A stretch of 64,000 nucleotides of DNA from Dimorphilus gyrociliatus (Eukaryota > Animalia > Annelida), in contig CAJFCJ010000013.1 of the NCBI GenBank assembly GCA_904063045.1, positions 1,346,156-1,410,155 on the forward strand, read 5' to 3'. Below the pieces are notes generated by a model that made no database searches, was not told where the DNA came from, and was given only the letters and a program-made list of their open reading frames with translations. Both the position numbers and the translations under genes were made by a program. Positions 55,782 through 64,000 of the stretch are shown one piece after another. How positions within the stretch are numbered: the first letter of the stretch is position 1; each line of letters opens with the position of its first letter.

Positions 55782-58700
55782 TCATAGCTCTATTAAATCA
55801 TTGACTATATCGGCTAATCTGGGATAAGAGGACATTGTTTGACCATAACAGATAGTGATAGATTTGTTTTTTCCTTTTAAATCAGTCATAACAGCTTGGC
55901 AAATAGATGAACTAACATTCTTGCAGTGGTTTACCTCTAAAATGGTAATGCTATGCAAGTCCTTCAATGGTTCTAGAACTTTATTTGTCAGTTGATGGCA
56001 ACCAGTAAGAACAACGTGACCAAGGTGTTTTGCTTCAGTCATACCCGTAAGAACATTGTCGGAAACTTGTGAACAATAGGCTAACTCGAGTTTGACTAGA
56101 ATTTGCATATGACGCACAACATGATAAACTCCAGAGTCCGTAATATCCGTTCCGCTTAGCGAGATTCCCGAAATGAACTTTAGTTTTTGACTGATAGCCG
56201 TCAATGACGGCGTTGGAAGTAGTAAGCGAATAGCATCGTCGTGTAATCCTTCCATCCAGCTAAGGTCTAATGTTCTTAGTCGACTAGTGTGAACCTTGGC
56301 CAATGCCGAACAGCCAGCCATCGAATTTGAACCGATGAACAAGTGTTCCAGATGTGGTAATCTCATAAGTAGCCATTCTAATTGTTCCCTTGAAACATTC
56401 GTATTGCTCAGATTAACTGATAAAGGCTGTCGTCGTACAATACCAGTTAAGATGAAAGTATTCAATGGCCTACCAGACACATCAATAGAATACCAATATC
56501 TCCTATCCATTAGCCATCTACAAAATGCTTTGCACGCACACATTGTATTAACTAACGATTTTTTATCCAAGAATTCGAATATCCTCTGCCATATTTCCTT
56601 TTCAAAAACATGGTAACCTCCTCCTTTCTGTTTCACGTATAGAGGTGGCGGTACTATAGGTGCAGGCCTAACTACTACCTCTGATAAACGATTTGCGTTT
56701 AAGTATTCATTTAAGGACAAAATTTTCGGACAAGGAGTTGCCGCTTCAGGTGGGGATGGTACAGAAGCAATTCCATCTTCGCTAACTGGATTATCTCCCG
56801 TCCACGCTTCCTTGTGAATTTTTGAAGAATTCTTTTGACAAAATGGACATTCCCAAGACGCTGGCAGGTCTTCACATAATCCACCAGCTGGAAGACTAGA
56901 GTCTTTTGCATGTATACACCGAGGATGGGATATTTTCCAGCAGATTGAACACTCCATGAGTAAATCGTTGGCTTCTTGGATATCGTCCAAATAAGGCGGA
57001 GCCTCGCGCCCCTCTCCGGAATCGCAATAGTAACAGGCCGCCGTTGACGGAAGTAGAGGCGCCATACACTGTCTAGATATACAAGTCTGTTTCATTCGTC
57101 CAGGGCCTCCGAACTTTCTCATATCTTTACAGAAATGACATTCACCGCAATCAGTACGAGTACACGGTTCGCATTTCTTACATCTGACCCTACGATGATG
57201 ATGACTTCCCTTGCCCTTATCACCTATTTGAGATTCAACACCGTTACTTCCGTTAGGTGTATTTGGACCCAATCGATTAATGCCCTTTGACCTTTTCATT
57301 ATTCTACTCCCAGTACAGCTACTATACATGTTGGACATTCCCCGACCTCTCTATATGTAGGTTAAACTCGTCTTAATTAGTGTATTAATTAAAAATTTAA
57401 AAAATCAATAAATTTCCTTTGTTTACCTTTCGAGCCGGCCAAGCTAAAAGTGGTTCGTCGCTTATAGCTAATTCTGGAGGATCATTTCGATGTTGATCGA
57501 CAAGTTCCTGTGTTGTTTAATTGATTAACAAATTAATTAGTTTTTAACGTGCAATACCTTTAATTTCTTTAATAATTGTGGAGCGTTCCGAACTTCGCTT
57601 GGTACATGGCGTTTATTGGACGGTAAATTTTCAAGCCAGTTTATTAAAATATCAAGACCTTCTATCTCGAAGGGTGTCATGTAAATTTTCTTGGGAACTT
57701 TCGGTTTAATTTCCTTAACGTCCGGAGATTCTTTGGCTTCTTCTTTCAAATCTAAATCGTTCAATGTTTCTTTTTTAATTTGAGTCTGAGTTTCACTTTC
57801 GGTAGATCCGTCTTCTTTTTTTATTTCTTCAGGTGTACCCTGATTTTCGGGCGTTACCGATCGTAACGGTGGATTTAATAGGAGACTACAATATCTTTCG
57901 GCACAATACCACATCATTTCGGTAAAAAATGGAAATTTGAATTTGTTTTGTACTAAGGTACGATCCTCCAAAGAAGCTATCTCTATTTGTAAAGGAATAT
58001 TGAAGCTATGAAGGAAATTTCCTCCGAATACAAGGGAATCTTCTGGGGTATAAACGCCGTGTATCCACCCTGATAGTTCGATAAAGATCTATTATTATAC
58101 TCTCTATGATTGCTAAGATAGATAAAAAATTTTACCGGTTGGAATGAAGAACGTCCACCCAGCTGACAAACGTACTCTTTGGCAATCTGGAACGAGATCA
58201 GCGAAAAATTGACGATTTTGTTTTCCAGACATTACCCAATTTTCGTAAATTTGTAAATTTGAAGAAGTGGGTGGTATCATCCAAAAAAATTTGGAACCAT
58301 GCAGAACATGGTACCAAACTGATGTACCACTCATATCTATGTGAAAATCGGTGTAGCATCCTTTAACACTCATCAAACAGTATTTTTGAACTTTTGGATA
58401 TTTCATTTTGTCCAAGGCATTTGTACCTTCGCTTTGTGAATCTTTCAAGTGAAGAGGCCAAACACAATCGACCCAGTCAATTTGTCTTATAACTGTAGGT
58501 TGTTCAACATATGTAGATAATTTTGTATGGCTAAATTCCAAAGAAATAACGTTGAGCAACTTCGTTCTACTTTCAGGTTTCGTATAGTATTCGATCCAAT
58601 CTTTCACCGACATATGCAAAGAATTTTGGCTCTCAACATCCATCACGTCCAAGATTCGTCTGCCTCCAACGCATGCCTTTACGTCCATTACAGTGAAATT

Positions 58701-59027
58701 CTTACTGGGTACTCTTAATCCTAAGCCTGTTTTGTCCTTGACTAGTATTGGTGTAGAGAAGCCGTTCTTTTGAAAGTAGCATATCCTTAGATCGGGTCCT
58801 TTTAACTCTTTTATGTGTTTATGGTTATATGAATTTGACTTCAGTTTTTCTTCCATATTGAAGTCTCTGCCGCGCTCATTTTCTGAAGGCGTTTCGCTAC
58901 GATCATCGTATACAATTCTTTCAGTTGATCGCTAAAAAAAAGATTCAGAAATTTGAAATTATTAGTTCACGAATATAAAGATTCGTACCAAATTTCGGCC
59001 GCGAGATTTTTTCTCCTCTTCCCCCAT
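55782..59027 (-). CDS. KDM2A/B: Lysine demethylase KDM2 (JmjC, CXXC, PHD, F-box, LRR)
   Basis: JmjC YTDFHIDMSGTSVWYH; CXXC RRVRCKKCEPC..CKDMRKFGGPGRMKQTCISRQC; PHD; F-box IWQRIFEFL; LRRs. Confidence 0.96.
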
Positions 59028-59303
59028 ATGTTAACTAATTTTTATGCAGATCTCGAATTGCAATCGGTTCTTCTTTGAAAAAATCATTAAATGCAATAAA
59101 ATATATTTTATAAAAATAAGTTAAAAACCATAAAAATATTTTTTAAAAACCGTTATTTTGGAATAACAAAATATAAAAGGTATTGTGGGAAGGGTCAAGT
59201 TCAAAAGGCGAATGAAAACTGGTAATATTATAAATGTTTTACTTGAAAAAGTCTTCTTGGATACGAGAATAATAATAATAATATAAAGATAACGTTCCAT
59301 TAA

Positions 59304-62300
59304 ATGACAACTCCTGAACCCAGCGCCAGAGATTCTAGAGAAAACTCTAGAAATCAAAATGTATTTTTTCACAGATGTATCTTTAGTTTTTAACACATTA
59401 AAGTAAAATTTAACAGACTTCAAGCTCTACTTCATCAAAGAATGATCGAGTGCGCTACGAACCAGAGGATCATTTAAAAGGACCAAACTATCTATTACAA
59501 GTATCTAATTATTCAGATGCGGTAATTTTAGGAAAGGGTAGTAAATTTTATTTTCACCTCATAGATTTTGGGTGAATATGTCAGGGATAATGATGTGGAG
59601 AAAGAATTTGATTCCATGTGCCATAAATTACTCTCTGCAGATAATCTGCCAAAAAATCCTTATCCATTCTTGACAAGAGAGATGAGAAAAGCGGCTGAAA
59701 AGTATACAATATACAGTTTTAATGTAATAAAATGTTACCTTTTTCTTTTTGAACTTTATAGACATAGGCTGAAAAAATATCACGAAGATGAGATATTTCA
59801 TATTTGTAGTAAGTTATTTTTAGAAAATACTATTTTATAGAGAAAGAGGTTGACTCCTTTCCAAGATTAGAGTAGTATTAATTTAATACAAATTGATTGC
59901 AGATCGTTATTACGAAAAGACTGTTTGTAAGAAAATTTTTAAAGGAATTGGGTCACAAGATGTTCCTATATACGGTTTAAGAGTTCTTATGAGCATCGTT
60001 AATCCAGATAGTATGGTTCAATATATTAAAATTTTGAAAGAACTTCAGCCACCTTACTATTCATTAACCCAAGCTAGAGGATATTCTGTAAGCTAATTGA
60101 TAATTTTCAATTGTAAATTCAATAGTAATATTCACCAATATAACTTTATTATTAATTAGAACCAGGCTATAGTTTGTCTAACTGGAGCGACAATATTTGA
60201 AGGAAGCTTTATAAAATCGTCAAAAATTATTGAAACTCGCATGGAATATATTGTTACAGGTGAAGAATTAGATGAGGTAATTCGGAAAGGCAAAGGGGGA
60301 GGAAACTAGTTATTTTCTATTAAAAACAAACAAACAATAACGAATCATACAGGCTCTGGACATTTTCGCAAATAGCGTTGCAAATCATATGGAAGTATTA
60401 TTAAAAAACAGTCGACATATTTTACTTCGTACGTTGTTAATGTTATAGAAACGTTTGACAAATATTCATTAACGTTGCGTCAATTCTTTATAGACGTATT
60501 AATGCCAATTCGGAAGTTAAAATCTTCTATTTGGACAATAGAGACATTAAATTGGAGTCAAGTTACAGAAGATAGGGTACGATAGAACGATTACTTTTTC
60601 TATATTATTTTTAAATGTTGACTTTTTGTTTTTTATAAAAAACAAATTATAATAGAATGACTTTGTAAAGATGATAATAGCAGCAACAAAAGAAAAGAGA
60701 GTAATAACAATAGAAGTAAGTTACTTATACAAATTAATGTATTATTCCTTTTAAATAATTCTCTTCTCAAAATTAAAGCTATGCTTTAGATTAGCTAATG
60801 AAAGATTTAGACACGGAGAGGTGCAATACTTTCTTACTTATGTAAATTCTAATGATGATAGTGGAGATAATAGATTATTCACATTTGGACAAATTCCTTT
60901 ATCAACAATTCATACAAGTATATTCCACGATGTTACTAGCGCAGGAGCTTACTTTAATATATTAATTGATGATCGTAATTAATAAAATAAATTTTATTGA
61001 TAAATCATTAGAAAACATATAATCAGTTTCTTTTTATCATTTAGATATGGCAATAAACGACACATCAATAGATCCTTACGCATGGCAATATACAGATCCG
61101 ATTAAATCATATTTTCAAAGTATAGTTGCTAACGATAATCCAGTAAGGTTTTTTGATAGAAATATAGCAAATCTATTTCTAATGCTTTTAAAAAGGTTAT
61201 TAATTTATATGTTTGTTTATTTGTTTATTTTTAAACAAATTAAAGAAAATTGTTACTCAATTATTAATTATTTTCGTAATAGAGGAGAAGAAAATGAAGA
61301 AACTTTAAAGATGACAAAAATAACTATTGAAATTTTTAAATGTTTTCAATCGTTAGCAGTTAGCTTTGGTCATCTTATGCATAAGAACATTATTATTCGG
61401 CAATTAATTAACTTTTATGGCGATATTGTACGTATTTATCAATTATATTTTATTATTAACAAATGGGAATAGTATCCATCGTTTCTCATTTTCTTGTTTG
61501 GTTAGTATTACAATTCGCCAGCTATAAATGGTATGGTTGATGAATATGCAACAGAATTAAAGAATCTACTATCGGAGGAAGGATGGTTTGTTTATTATTG
61601 AATGAATATTCATTATATTGTATATACTATATTTAACCAATAAGGATAAAAAGATGTTCGAATGAAATATCGTGCGCGAAAAGATGGCTAAGTATTATTA
61701 ATAATTTATACGAAACATCTGAAAATGGAGAACTTAGGATACCTATAACAGCAGATGTAAATTATATACAGTAGAATATAAGCTTTCTTATAAATTGCAC
61801 TAAAAATACATTATCTTTACTCTTAAAGACTGCAGAGATATTTAAGGAGATTAACGTACAATGTCTTCCTCTCCAACTTCTATTTATTGACGACGTAATG
61901 GGCTGTTTAGACGAATTATTCGTAATTAACTCTTATTATATATAATAAACACTAAAAAATAAAATCTATCCTTAACTTTTAGGGTCTACAAAGTAGCATT
62001 AAGAATGCTTTTAATAAGAATGACCAGAGTGGTTTAAGTCTACCCGTTTCCCCAGTTCACAAAGATTTATTATTATCGAATTTAATAAAGGATTGTAGTA
62101 CAAGTTTGTAAAAAAAAAGAAATAAAAATAGAAATGCATCAGTTCAACTATTTATAAAAGAAACTTTAATTAACAGCTATGGACGTCAATTCAGCCATGG
62201 AAAAGGATGGTATTAATAGTGACATTGCTAAAGAAACAGTTTTAATTAGGGTAAGTAACAATTTTTTATTTATTAAATAGTGATGGAATATTAATAGAAA

Positions 62301-64000
62301 TATAATTTTATAATTAAACAGTATATAATAGACTCCCATTTAGACATTGTTTGGACAGAGACACAAACTGATTTTATACTAAGCGAACGAGTTCTTCCGA
62401 AAAATCCTTTTGTTATTTTTCTTGATCATTTCAATCAGGCTAATTACAAGTAAACTCTTTATTTTCTTTATAAGGGAATTAATCATAGAAACGAAACAAT
62501 CTAATGTTTGTAGAGCAATTCATTTTGGCATGTCCGAAGAGGATATCTTAGAGATTATCGATGAAAATAAATCTCTTATTGAACCTACGGACGACTACGA
62601 ATTAATTTATAAGACAAACAATAGATATTTTGGTAGATATTTTGCTTTTCTTTTATCGCGAGTTTGTTTTTGTACATTTGGAGGTTGTCGTTTATTTTAA
62701 GGTCTAAAACCAGCTCTACAATATCTAAGTAATACCGAATTGAATGATATATCTGGTGTAATAAATGAATTTTATGATACGAATTCCCGGAAAAAGGATG
62801 GGTTGTATACAGTAAAATATCTCTTTAAAGGTCTAAATATGATAAAATTTCCCTAATCTACATTCTATTCATTAGGTTCATAAATGCCAAACGTTTGGTT
62901 CGCACCAAATTATACATAGTGCAATCAACGGTCATCTCTCTGATTTTAATTTAAGAGATTATATTCTTATTACTGGTCCTGATCGCTGCATTATCGAAGG
63001 TTGTGAATTATACGCTAACGAAGGTATAGTATTATTGTTTGTTAAAAAAAAAAATTTATTGACAAACTAACTAAAATGTAATAAAAATTTAAAAAAAAGT
63101 GGTGGATGATTTACATAGATTGGTTAATTTAAATTCAAAACCAATTGTCATTGGTTTATACTTGGACGGTGAACATTGGTCAATAACTTCGATTAGTGGA
63201 AAACTTTACGCATTACAAACAGAGCTAAGGAGGGTTGTAAGCGAAAAACGTCAAGTATTTACTGTTGTAAGTAATAGACTTTAATAATTTAAAATACTAA
63301 TAATTCTTATAATTACCATCATTCCCTTAACGATTATTATATAGTTTTACATCTATATATCCTGGAGATATGTTCGCGTGACGAAATATTATGACTTGTA
63401 TTATTTATCTAATAATGAGAACAGGTTAGTTAGTGTAACTGTTTCCTATTATTATTATTATTACTATTAACTATTTATATTAAATTACAATAGTCTCAAG
63501 TTTCAAAATTCGTCCTCTCTAACCATTTATGAAAGTATATTCTTTGATTATGATGAGGTAAATATTTATCTTACTCTATATGTTTATTTATATTATCTAA
63601 TTCGAACAAATATTCTACGATCAGGCGGTTCGTTGCGTTAGTGAACTTATAAGGCAAACACCCTATAGTGTACCGATGGCTAAAGAGGTAACGAATCGAT
63701 TGGACTCGTTAATAGAAGATAGCTTTAAAAATTATCAATATTCCGAGCTGTACCATCATTTAATCAGTCGCTGCTCTATACAGTTTAATCGTTCAAGGTT
63801 AATAGATTCCTGGCGTTCTTTAAATAGTCTAGCCAGCGAATTTAAATATCTTCAAACAATGAGTCAAAATCTTAACGAATTAATCTCTCATGTACTAAAT
63901 ACACAATCCGATGAGGATGACGTCAGCCTAAATAAAATGGAAGAGTTAAAATTACGATCGTTCCTTAGAGGTTTTTTGGTGAAAATGAATATTTTATTAG
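59304..64000 (+). CDS. Large uncharacterised multi-exon gene, continues beyond the window end
   Basis: Chain of short GT-AG exons from MTTPEPSARDS...; early segment EYVRDNDVEKEFDSMCHKLL..PKNPYPFL resembles a Dpy-30/RIIa docking motif; downstream exons not fully resolved. Confidence 0.6.

Noticed and set aside
59121-59423. 100-aa minus-strand ORF
   Set aside because: Overlaps the bidirectional promoter and the first exon of the plus-strand gene; low-complexity composition.

Overview
AT-rich, very gene-dense animal genomic DNA. I count about 21 host genes plus one transposon in 64 kb, with most introns about 55-70 nt. Gene content (CCRFamide-type peptides, sFRP1/2/5, Ttd14, an eMIC domain) points to a compact-genome bilaterian, probably a spiralian such as a miniaturised annelid; this is inference only. 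In order: Myt1 kinase (runs off the left end); a hidden two-exon neuropeptide-like precursor; a decayed full-length Tc1-type transposon; a clathrin heavy-chain terminal-domain-only gene; two tandem 4-Cys RFamide precursors; an ABCG half-transporter; a membrane C-type lectin; sFRP; Ttd14; a small SR protein ending in an eMIC (SRRM3/4-type) domain; an orphan gene; UQCR10; POLDIP2; NCLX; a divergent non-alpha nAChR-like subunit; class II PI3K; an acidic 27-aa-repeat protein with SIM-like motifs; GATD1; a C22orf15/CXorf65-like gene; KDM2; and an uncharacterised gene running off the right end. The most notable items are the stand-alone cwf21-less eMIC gene, whose eMIC-splitting GC-AG intron holds a candidate UGC-preceded 19-nt poison microexon (possible autoregulation), the leg-less clathrin propeller paralog, and the unassigned neuropeptide precursor. 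All family assignments come from manual translation and recalled motifs; no database searches were run. Gene models were spliced by eye. No rRNA, tRNA or CRISPR array was seen.
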